From contig MHGF01000003.1 in NCBI GenBank assembly GCA_001805445.1, positions 120,429 to 184,428 on the forward strand: a stretch of 64,000 nt of DNA, in the 5' to 3' direction. Position 1 is the first letter of the stretch. Each line of letters opens with the position of its first letter. Source of the DNA: Omnitrophica WOR_2 bacterium GWF2_43_52. GTDB taxonomy: Bacteria; Omnitrophota; Gorgyraeia; Gygaellales; UBA12090. This document shows positions 56,277 to 63,539 of the stretch, in pieces. The position numbers and the translations under genes are program-made. The notes below the pieces were generated by a model, which worked only from the letters and a program-made list of their open reading frames with translations, had not been told where the DNA came from and did no database searches.

Positions 56277-57365
56277 ATGAGAATAATCTCAATAGCCAAT
56301 CAAAAAGGAGGCTGCGGGAAAACTACCACAGCCGTAAACTTAGGCGCGGCATTAGCCAGTAACAACCGTAAAGTGCTTTTGATTGACTTTGACCCTCAAG
56401 CCCATGCAACCGTCGGGCTCAACGTCCAGGCAAAGATAAGCATCTACAATTGCCTTTCTAAACTCTCCCCGGAAAAAGCAACGTTACAGGATATCATCGT
56501 CAATATTGATAATAACTTTGATTTAGCCCCCTCAAACATTATCCTCACCACTCTGGAGCAGGAACTGGCCAATGAAATAGGCAGGGAAAACCACCTCCAG
56601 GATACGCTTTCCGCCTTTAAAAACGACTACGACTATATTCTTATAGATTGCCCGCCCAATTTAGGCATCCTAACGGTAAATGCCATATGCGCGTCGAATG
56701 AAGTTATCATCCCTGTTGAGCCAAGCCGCTTCTCAGTAGAGGGCCTAAGCCGGCTAATAGATATCATTGACCTTATCCAGAACCGCCTTAACCATACCGT
56801 AAGCCACAATGTCCTGGTAACCATGTTTGATTCCCGATTGAAATACGCCTTTAGAATATTAGCAGAGCTCAGAAGCAAATTCAGGGAATGTATGTTTTCT
56901 ACCATAATCCACGTCAATGTCAAACTCAAAGAATCACAGAGTTCAGGTTCTTCGGTCATGGGTTTTGACAAATATAGCAGAGGCGCTAAAGATTACTTCA
57001 GCTTAGCAAAAGAGATGCTGAGCATGGGAAAACAAGTGGAAAAGGGGACAGAGTTTGTGGTTTCCAAAAAAATGCGAGAGCTCGTTAGTGCCCATCTGCC
57101 GAAATTAAATAAAGTCACACTAAAACTTGACTTTCCTGGTGCCAAAGAGGTTTATATCGCCGGAGATTTCAACAACTGGTCAAAAGACCCGAGTTCCGCG
57201 ATGATTGGCACTAATGGCAGCTGGAACAAACGCCTTAGCCTTAAACCCGGCCAATACCACTACCGTTTCGTTGTTGACGGGAATTGGATAACTGATCCCG
57301 GGAATCCCTTGCAAGAGAAAAACCCTTACGGGGAATATGACTCTCTTTTAAAAATAGGTGCCTAA
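56277..57365 (+). CDS. ParA/Soj-family deviant Walker-A ATPase fused to a C-terminal CBM48 / AMPK-beta-type glycogen-binding domain
   Basis: N-terminus IANQKGGCGKTTTAVNL (KGGxxGKT) plus a full ParA core (about 250 aa). C-terminal roughly 100 aa read VTLKLDFPGAKEVYIAGDFNNWSKD...YHYRFVVDGNWITDPGNP, closely matching the AMPK-beta1 GBD including both carbohydrate-contact Trp positions. Strong RBS AGGAGGG. Confidence 0.8.
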   Translation: MRIISIANQKGGCGKTTTAVNLGAALASNNRKVLLIDFDPQAHATVGLNVQAKISIYNCLSKLSPEKATLQDIIVNIDNNFDLAPSNIILTTLEQELANEIGRENHLQDTLSAFKNDYDYILIDCPPNLGILTVNAICASNEVIIPVEPSRFSVEGLSRLIDIIDLIQNRLNHTVSHNVLVTMFDSRLKYAFRILAELRSKFRECMFSTIIHVNVKLKESQSSGSSVMGFDKYSRGAKDYFSLAKEMLSMGKQVEKGTEFVVSKKMRELVSAHLPKLNKVTLKLDFPGAKEVYIAGDFNNWSKDPSSAMIGTNGSWNKRLSLKPGQYHYRFVVDGNWITDPGNPLQEKNPYGEYDSLLKIGA

Positions 57366-57393
57366 GCTCTTCGCGCAATGAGCTTTCCTAACC

Positions 57394-58065
57394 ATGCACA
57401 CCTTTGAGGCCATTAAGAACAGGCGTTCAATAAGAGAATTCACCCGTCAAGAAATAACCAAAGAAAACTTAGAGAAACTCATTGAAGCCGCGCGCCTGGC
57501 GCCTACTGCTCGTAATGAACAGCCATGGGAATTTGTCGTTATTACCAATCAGGCAGTAAAACAAAAGATATCCCAGATAACTGACCCTAATGGCCTCTTT
57601 ATCAGCAGCGCCGCGGCAGCTATCGTGGTTTTCTGCCTTAACAGCAAATATTATCTTGAGGATGGCTCTGCCGCGACCGAAAACATCCTTATCCAAGCCT
57701 CTGACTTAGGAATAGGCTCCTGCTGGGTAGCTGGTGATAAAAAACCTTACTGTGACAAGGTAAAACAGCTGCTTAAGGTTACTGATAAATACAAGCTCAT
57801 CAGCATCATTGCCTTAGGATACCCCCAGCAAAGCCCTGGCCCTATTGAAAAACGCGCGATAAAAGACGTAGTGCATTGGGAAGCATTTTTAACAAAAACG
57901 TTGTATCAGAAAGAGTTTAAGGGAAACAATGGCAAATCTAAAAAAAGCAAGCCTAAAGAAAAAAATAGTAAAAAAACCGGTGAAAGCTGTCAGAAAACCA
58001 AAAACGCCAGCCCCAAAACTATTAAAAAACAAAAAAGCAGCAAAGGCTTCTTCACCCAAGGCTAA
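57394..58065 (+). CDS. Nitroreductase-family flavoprotein; 3' boundary uncertain because the ORF reads through into an A-rich, Lys-coding region
   Basis: MHTFEAIKNRRSIREF...LAPTARNEQPWEFVVI motifs. The nitroreductase fold appears complete by about residue 165; the remaining roughly 55 aa are K/S-rich and overlap the next gene in another frame. Confidence 0.65.
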   Translation: MHTFEAIKNRRSIREFTRQEITKENLEKLIEAARLAPTARNEQPWEFVVITNQAVKQKISQITDPNGLFISSAAAAIVVFCLNSKYYLEDGSAATENILIQASDLGIGSCWVAGDKKPYCDKVKQLLKVTDKYKLISIIALGYPQQSPGPIEKRAIKDVVHWEAFLTKTLYQKEFKGNNGKSKKSKPKEKNSKKTGESCQKTKNASPKTIKKQKSSKGFFTQG

Positions 58066-58318
58066 AAAAGAAACCAGTATTATTATCGGGAAGATTGTCC
58101 ATTATTTTCCCCATGTCAAAGCAGGCGTCGTCAAGCTTAAACATCCCATAACCGTAGGCGATACAGTCAGAATCAAAGGGCACACTACTGATTTCACCTA
58201 TGCCATAAGTTCCATACAAATAGACCGCGCCCCACTACAAAAAGCAAAAAAAGGCCAAGAAATAGGCCTCTTAGTCACATCCAGAGTAAGAAGAGGCGAC
58301 AAAATCTACAAACTCTAA
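57929..58318 (+). CDS. Small basic protein: histone-H1-like Lys/Ala/Pro-rich N-terminus plus an EF-Tu-domain-2-like beta-barrel C-terminus
   Basis: AAGGGA RBS 5 nt upstream of the ATG. N-terminal KKPVKAVRKPKTPAPKLLKNKKAAKASSPKAKK. C-terminal IIGKIVHYFPHVKAGVVKLKHPITVGDTVRIKGHTT... resembles EF-Tu domain 2 (GTVVTGRVERG...VGDEVEIVG). Confidence 0.45.
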   Translation: MANLKKASLKKKIVKKPVKAVRKPKTPAPKLLKNKKAAKASSPKAKKETSIIIGKIVHYFPHVKAGVVKLKHPITVGDTVRIKGHTTDFTYAISSIQIDRAPLQKAKKGQEIGLLVTSRVRRGDKIYKL

Positions 58319-58328
58319 CCCCTCACCA

Positions 58329-58351
58329 ATTCAACCTCGTAGGTTGAATTT
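58329..58351 (+). repeat. Family E hairpin AATTCAACCT-CGT-AGGTTGAATT. Related copies at 58618-58644 (followed by T7, terminator-like) and 58662-58686.
   Basis: Read from the sequence. They flank the small Cys-rich ORF. The region from 58571 to 58700 also contains a longer-range inverted repeat (AAACACCCTAAAATCAAC / GTTGATTTTAGGG..GGTGTTT). Confidence 0.55.
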
Positions 58352-58374
58352 CGGGGAAGGAAAGGGATATAAGT

Positions 58375-58560
58375 ATGCAATGGGAAGATATCGCAAAAAA
58401 GGCAATAAACTTAAATATTACGCATCCTGAACGATACTCTAAGACAGACCTCATTAAAACAATCCAAAAGAAAGAAGGTAATTATGATTGCTATAACTCT
58501 AATAATTACCAATGCCCCCAATTAGCCTGCTGTTGGCGAACTGATTGCCTCAAGCAATAA
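58375..58560 (+). CDS. Small protein (61 aa) with a Rho_N/SAP-like N-terminus and a 5-Cys C-terminal tail
   Basis: WEDIAKKAINLNITHPERYSKTDLIKTIQKK resembles Rho N-terminal-domain helices. C-terminal CYNSNNYQCPQLACCWRTDC. Flanked by hairpin repeats. Could be spurious. Confidence 0.35.
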   Translation: MQWEDIAKKAINLNITHPERYSKTDLIKTIQKKEGNYDCYNSNNYQCPQLACCWRTDCLKQ

Positions 58561-58920
58561 AGAATTCCTCTAAACACCCTAAAATCAACTAATTCCCCTT
58601 AAATCACCCCACATCCTAAAACAACCTCGTAGGTTGATTTTTTTACCGTCGATGTTTTTCCGCAACCTCCGCGGTTGATTTTAGGGGGAGGGGTGTTTAT
58701 GTTTTGCAACGTAGAGCTAACTTGTTGTTTTTTAGTAGGTTAGAGTAATATGAATATTTAGCACGCTAGACTATAAAATTTAGGATGTTTATATTCATCA
58801 ACAAGTCCCTTTCAGGGAGGCTGTATAGGAGCTTTCATCGTAAAAAAATATATTATTTAATCTGTTTATTATCAACTAGTTACGGATTGAAATGTACTAT
58901 TTTGTAATATTTTTTACTTT

Positions 58921-58936
58921 TGGCACAGAAAATGCT
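58921..58936 (+). promoter_or_regulatory. Sigma-54-type (-24/-12) promoter: TGGCAC-N5-ATGCT
   Basis: TTTTGGCACAGAAAATGCTG has GG and GC separated by 10 nt, fitting TGGCAC-N5-TTGCW. It lies about 110 nt upstream of the MerR-like/Wza operon. Confidence 0.5.
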
Positions 58937-59044
58937 GTATACTATGTATACGGTAACAAACGGACATACCCAGACATACTATGACATATAGGGACATTAC
59001 TGAAGGTTACCATACAATTTTTGATATTAACAAGGAGGTTTACG

Positions 59045-59263
59045 TTGGCAGGAAACGGTAGGATGACAATTACAGACGTAGCTGAGCGGTTAGGCGTTAC
59101 CCAAAAGACAATTGTCCGCTGGGAAAAAGCAGGTAAGGTAGGCCTGGCAAAGCGTGACTGGCGCGGCTGGCGAGTCTATGATAAAAATGATTTCAAAAAA
59201 CTAAAAACTTTTAAGGAAATGATCGTGTATTACGGGGAGGACAAAAATGATACAAAAACTTAA
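59045..59263 (+). CDS. MerR/excisionase-family HTH DNA-binding protein
   Basis: HTH MTITDVAERLGVTQKTIVRWEKAGKV. TTG start chosen 6 nt after an AAGGAGG RBS (the alternative is the ATG at 59063). 3' end overlaps the wza start. Confidence 0.6.
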   Translation: MAGNGRMTITDVAERLGVTQKTIVRWEKAGKVGLAKRDWRGWRVYDKNDFKKLKTFKEMIVYYGEDKNDTKT

Positions 59264-60083
59264 GTATATAGGTATACTGCTGGTTTTCGCGGCTACTTCG
59301 GCCCAGGCGTTTGCCGCAGCTGAGCCTTCTGAGGAGCTCAAGATTATTGAAACGCCGAATACAATAGAAATCCACACTTCGCAAATAGCAGCTCCTCTCG
59401 ATAAGAGCCAGGACACTACCGCTTCAGAAGCTACCACCAAAACCATCGTGTCAGAGAGCTATAAATTTGACCCCCTCAAGTATACCCTCGGCCCTGATGA
59501 TGTCATTGAGATCGCGGTCCTGCGCCATCCGGAGTTTAGCGGCGTCTACCCCATAGACCAGGAGGGAAAGATTCAATATAAATTTGTCGGAGATATAGTG
59601 GTAACCGGCTTAACAAAGTCACAATTAGAACAAAGAATAACGGATATTATTTCCAGCTTTGTTATCACTCCTGAGGTAAACGTCACTATTAACGAATACC
59701 GGAGTAAAGTTATTTACATCCTGGGGGAAGTCGGAACCCCGGGGAAATACTACATACGTTCTGAGGCGATTCCCGTGCGCGAGGCGGTATTCCAGGCAGG
59801 GCTTCCTACTGGATCAGCGGCTATGCGCAAATGCCAGATTATTACACCCTCAAAAGACGGAAATGTCAAGATACGAAAGGTTGACATCTATTCATTGCTC
59901 TACGGCGGTAATTTAAAGAAAAACATCGAAATGAAACCCGGAGATGTGCTCTATGTCCCATCTACCGTAATGGCAAAACTCATTAGAGTCATTAACCCCG
60001 TTGCCTCTACCGTGGGCGTCGCTTCAAGCGGCCCAAGCAGCGCATCAGGCGGCAAGGCCGCGCTTGAAACTTTAGCCAAATAA
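59247..60083 (+). CDS. Polysaccharide export outer-membrane protein (Wza/EpsE/GumB family, Poly_export plus SLBB)
   Basis: Signal peptide; motif YTLGPDDVIEIAVLRHPEFSGVYPIDQEGKIQYKFVGDIVVTGLT. Confidence 0.8.
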   Translation: MIQKLKYIGILLVFAATSAQAFAAAEPSEELKIIETPNTIEIHTSQIAAPLDKSQDTTASEATTKTIVSESYKFDPLKYTLGPDDVIEIAVLRHPEFSGVYPIDQEGKIQYKFVGDIVVTGLTKSQLEQRITDIISSFVITPEVNVTINEYRSKVIYILGEVGTPGKYYIRSEAIPVREAVFQAGLPTGSAAMRKCQIITPSKDGNVKIRKVDIYSLLYGGNLKKNIEMKPGDVLYVPSTVMAKLIRVINPVASTVGVASSGPSSASGGKAALETLAK

Positions 60084-60100
60084 TACGAGGAGACTAAATA

Positions 60101-61414
60101 ATGGAAGACCAGGAATTCAGCAAATACCGTAACCCCATAGAATACCTTAAAGTATTTTTTCGCCGCAAATGGCTTTTTATCGCGCCCGCCTTTATCGGCA
60201 CAACCATAGGAGCGGCAGCGTGTTTCCTGCTTCCGCCCACATGGGAATCTTCAACGATAATCCTTGTTGAGGAAGAAAAAATAATTAATCCGCTCTTTCA
60301 AAACCTGGCGGTATCAACCAGCGCCGCGCAGAGAATGCAAAGTATCAGAGAAAGCATCCTCAGCTGGAACAGCTTGGTTGAGCTGGCTAAAAAGTTAGAC
60401 TTGGCAAAAAACGCGCAGTCGCAAGCAGAATATGAGCGGCTGATTATGAACCTCAAGAAAGACATCTCCGTCCAGATGCGCCAGCACAATATTATCAGGC
60501 TTGCCTACGAAGGGAAAACTCCCAAGGAAACCCAGTTAGTGGCAAAGACGCTTACCGATATCCTGGTCGAAAAAAACATGCGGGCGCAAACCAAGGAAAC
60601 TGATGTGGCAATAGCCTTTATCACAGAACAGCTTGCCATCTACAAAAGAAAGATAAAAGAATCGGAAATCGCTAACCTGCAGGACCAATTAAAAAACCTC
60701 CTGGAAGATTCTACCGAACAGCATCCTATAGTCAAAGAAATAAGGCAGAAAATAGATACGGAACTAAAAGAGTTAGACTCCGGGGAATATAAAATTACCG
60801 GAACAGAGCAAGCCATTTCCAGCCCCGCGAGAGAAGCCTTAAAAAAGGAGCTGGATAAACTCGTCCAAGACAAGACATCCCAGTCACTCTCAGGCGGCGT
60901 GCGGCCGACAGCCGCGGAAAGCGAGAACGACGCTAATAAATCCATCTATAAGCTCCTCTTAATGGACAGGGTAGATACATCATTAGCGAGGGATATCAAC
61001 GTTAACGTCAGTATCTACAATATGCTTCTTGAGAAATTAGAGACCGCGAAAATCACCCAGCGCCTGGAAACCTCTAAAGAAGGAACGCGCTATACTATCC
61101 TTGACCCGCCCCGTCTTCCTTTAAAACCGATAAAGCCTAAAAAGGTATTGGTCGTCCTGCTGGGGTTTTTCTTCGGTGCCGCCTCCGGTACAGGGCTTGT
61201 CTTTGGCAAGGAATTTATGGACCAATCGTTCCTGGACATCGAAGATACACGGCATACACTGTCATTACCAGTATTAGGCGCGATTTCGCGCATCACGACG
61301 CAAGAAGCAATTGATAAAGAGAAAAACAGGAGGAAAGTCGCTATTGCCGCAAGCATAGTTTTAGCTTCGGCCTCAGTAATCGGCGCTGCCCTGTTTTCAC
61401 TCTTAAAAAAATAA
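60101..61414 (+). CDS. Polysaccharide chain-length determinant / co-polymerase (Wzz/PCP family, GumC/EpsF-like)
   Basis: N-terminal TM plus the Wzz motif, a long periplasmic coiled-coil, and a C-terminal TM helix. Confidence 0.75.
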   Translation: MEDQEFSKYRNPIEYLKVFFRRKWLFIAPAFIGTTIGAAACFLLPPTWESSTIILVEEEKIINPLFQNLAVSTSAAQRMQSIRESILSWNSLVELAKKLDLAKNAQSQAEYERLIMNLKKDISVQMRQHNIIRLAYEGKTPKETQLVAKTLTDILVEKNMRAQTKETDVAIAFITEQLAIYKRKIKESEIANLQDQLKNLLEDSTEQHPIVKEIRQKIDTELKELDSGEYKITGTEQAISSPAREALKKELDKLVQDKTSQSLSGGVRPTAAESENDANKSIYKLLLMDRVDTSLARDINVNVSIYNMLLEKLETAKITQRLETSKEGTRYTILDPPRLPLKPIKPKKVLVVLLGFFFGAASGTGLVFGKEFMDQSFLDIEDTRHTLSLPVLGAISRITTQEAIDKEKNRRKVAIAASIVLASASVIGAALFSLLKK

Positions 61415-61418
61415 GACT

Positions 61419-62288
61419 ATGTACGAAAATTTCTTCGGATTTAGCGAAAAACCGTTCAACACCACCCCTGACTCAAGATTCTTTTTCCCAAGCACCAAGC
61501 ATTTGGAGGCGCTTAACAGCTTAGTCTATGCCATTGACCAGAGGAAAGGCTTTGTCGTCATTACCGGTGAAATCGGGGCAGGCAAGACCACCGTCTGCAG
61601 AACACTCTTAAATAAGCTTAACGGCAGCACCAAAGTAGCCCTCATCACCAATACCCACATCAGCGCGAAAGAACTCCTTTCGGAGATTCTTGACGAATTC
61701 GAGATTGAACATAAGGGAGGAACCAAACAAAGGCTCCTCTCGCATCTGAACAAATTCCTGATTCAGGAGTTAGCCACAGACACCAATGTCGTTTTGATTA
61801 TTGATGAAGCGCAAAACCTTACCCCTACGGTTTTAGAGGAGGTACGGATGCTTTCTAACCTTGAGACCGAAAAAGAAAAGCTCATCCAGATTATCCTTCT
61901 CGGACAGCCCCAGCTCAAAGCAAAGCTGGAACATTCAAGATTGGAACAATTCAAACAAAGGATTGCCGTTTACTATCACTTAGCTACCCTCAACCATGAA
62001 GAAACGAAAGAATACATCCATCACAGGCTAAAAATCGCCAGCGTCAACGCGCATGTCAAAATTTTTAGCCCTGAGGCAATAGACTTAATTTACGCCTATT
62101 CAAAAGGCGTGCCCCGAATTATCAATTTAACCTGCGACAGCGCGCTTTTAAGCGGCTATATTATGGATACGAAGTGCATTGAAGAAACAACAATCAAGGA
62201 AGTAATCAAAGAGAGGCAATTAGAAAGCTCCGTTACCGATCTTGCGTGTACTGAAAATCAAGACGCCTCTTATTGTGTTAAGCATTAA
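61419..62288 (+). CDS. ExeA/GspA-like AAA ATPase of EPS loci (PEP-CTERM-locus 'secretion ATPase' type)
   Basis: FGFSEKPFNTTPDSRFFFPSTKHLEAL...VVITGEIGAGKTTVCR (Walker A), then DEAQNL. Confidence 0.75.
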   Translation: MYENFFGFSEKPFNTTPDSRFFFPSTKHLEALNSLVYAIDQRKGFVVITGEIGAGKTTVCRTLLNKLNGSTKVALITNTHISAKELLSEILDEFEIEHKGGTKQRLLSHLNKFLIQELATDTNVVLIIDEAQNLTPTVLEEVRMLSNLETEKEKLIQIILLGQPQLKAKLEHSRLEQFKQRIAVYYHLATLNHEETKEYIHHRLKIASVNAHVKIFSPEAIDLIYAYSKGVPRIINLTCDSALLSGYIMDTKCIEETTIKEVIKERQLESSVTDLACTENQDASYCVKH

Positions 62289-62303
62289 TCAAAAAGGAGC
62301 ACT

Positions 62304-63092
62304 ATGGGTAAATTAACCGATGCCTTAAAAAAAGCAGCTGAAGAACGCATTTCAAGAATAGAAAAGCTTGATAGCCAAGACGAAGTCAAATACCAGTTCA
62401 TTGCCAAAAAAACGGTAGAGTCAAAGATTGACCCCCGCATTGTCTCATTCTACGACTCCCACGCTCCGGTATCCGAACAATACCGCAGCCTACGCACCAA
62501 TCTTCAAGCCTTAAATACCTCAAAACCGGCGAAAGTCATCGCGATCACCAGTTCTATTAACGGCGAAGGGAAAACCATCTCCGCGATCAACCTGGCTATC
62601 ACAATGGCAAAGGACCTTAATCAAAAAAGTATCCTCCTTATTGACGCTGACCTGCGCCGTTCGCGTATCACCAAATACCTTGGCATAACCCCTGAATTAG
62701 GGCTTTCAGATATCATCACCAATGGCTCAAACATTGACGACGCGCTCCTGAATATAGGCATCGAGAATCTCACGGTGCTTTCCGCGGGAAAGCACCCCAC
62801 TAATCCCGCGGAACTTTTAGGCTCACAGAAATTCAAGAACCTCATGAACCAGGTAAAGGCCAAATACGACTACATCATCCTTGACACCCCGCCGATTATC
62901 CCGGTAACCGATGCCGGATTAATAGGCGCGCAAGCTGACGGCGTGATAATGGTTGTCCAGGCATCCCGCACGCAACGGGGAGTTGTCAAACACAGTGAAG
63001 GGCTCCTAAAACAAGCCCAAGCCAAAATTCTCGGCTACATACTCACGAATGTCCAGTACCATATACCAGGGTATATTTATAGATACTTATAA
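62304..63092 (+). CDS. Bacterial tyrosine (BY) kinase / chain-length-determinant ATPase (CpsD/EpsG type)
   Basis: Walker A' ITSSINGEGKTISAINLA, Walker A...DADLRRS, Walker B YDYIILDTPP. C-terminal Tyr-rich tail YHIPGYIYRYL. Confidence 0.8.
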   Translation: MGKLTDALKKAAEERISRIEKLDSQDEVKYQFIAKKTVESKIDPRIVSFYDSHAPVSEQYRSLRTNLQALNTSKPAKVIAITSSINGEGKTISAINLAITMAKDLNQKSILLIDADLRRSRITKYLGITPELGLSDIITNGSNIDDALLNIGIENLTVLSAGKHPTNPAELLGSQKFKNLMNQVKAKYDYIILDTPPIIPVTDAGLIGAQADGVIMVVQASRTQRGVVKHSEGLLKQAQAKILGYILTNVQYHIPGYIYRYL

Positions 63093-63136
63093 AAGTCTAT
63101 GGACTATAGTCTATAGCCGATAGTAGAGAAAAGAAT

Positions 63137-63490
63137 ATGTTTAAGTTTGAAAATTTAAAAATCTGGAAAGAATCAGTTGCGTTTGCGGGTGAAATTTACA
63201 CCTTATCTAAAAAATTCCCCAGGGAAGAGCTGTTTGGGCTAACGAGTCAATTAACAAGGGCAGCTGTATCTATCAGCTTAAACATCGCCGAAGGCGAAGG
63301 CAGAAACTCTGACGCCGAATTATCGCGATTTACGCAAATAGCAATAGGTTCTTTAAATGAGGTCGTAACAGTTTTATTCATAAGTTTAGAGCAAAAATAT
63401 ATTGCTCAAAAAGATTTTGATTTATCCTACAAGAGATGCGAACAAATCTCTAAAATGTTACACGCTTTTAGAAATTATTTAAAACATTAA
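63137..63490 (+). CDS. Four-helix-bundle protein (TIGR02436 type; 23S rRNA intervening-sequence protein family)
   Basis: MFKFENLKIWKESVAF...SQLTRAAVSISLNIAEGEGR signature. Flanked on both sides by inverted copies of the ATAGACTATCGACC repeat. Confidence 0.75.
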   Translation: MFKFENLKIWKESVAFAGEIYTLSKKFPREELFGLTSQLTRAAVSISLNIAEGEGRNSDAELSRFTQIAIGSLNEVVTVLFISLEQKYIAQKDFDLSYKRCEQISKMLHAFRNYLKH

Positions 63491-63539
63491 CTATAGACTA
63501 TCGACCATAGACTATCGACCAAAAAAAGGAGGCAATTCC

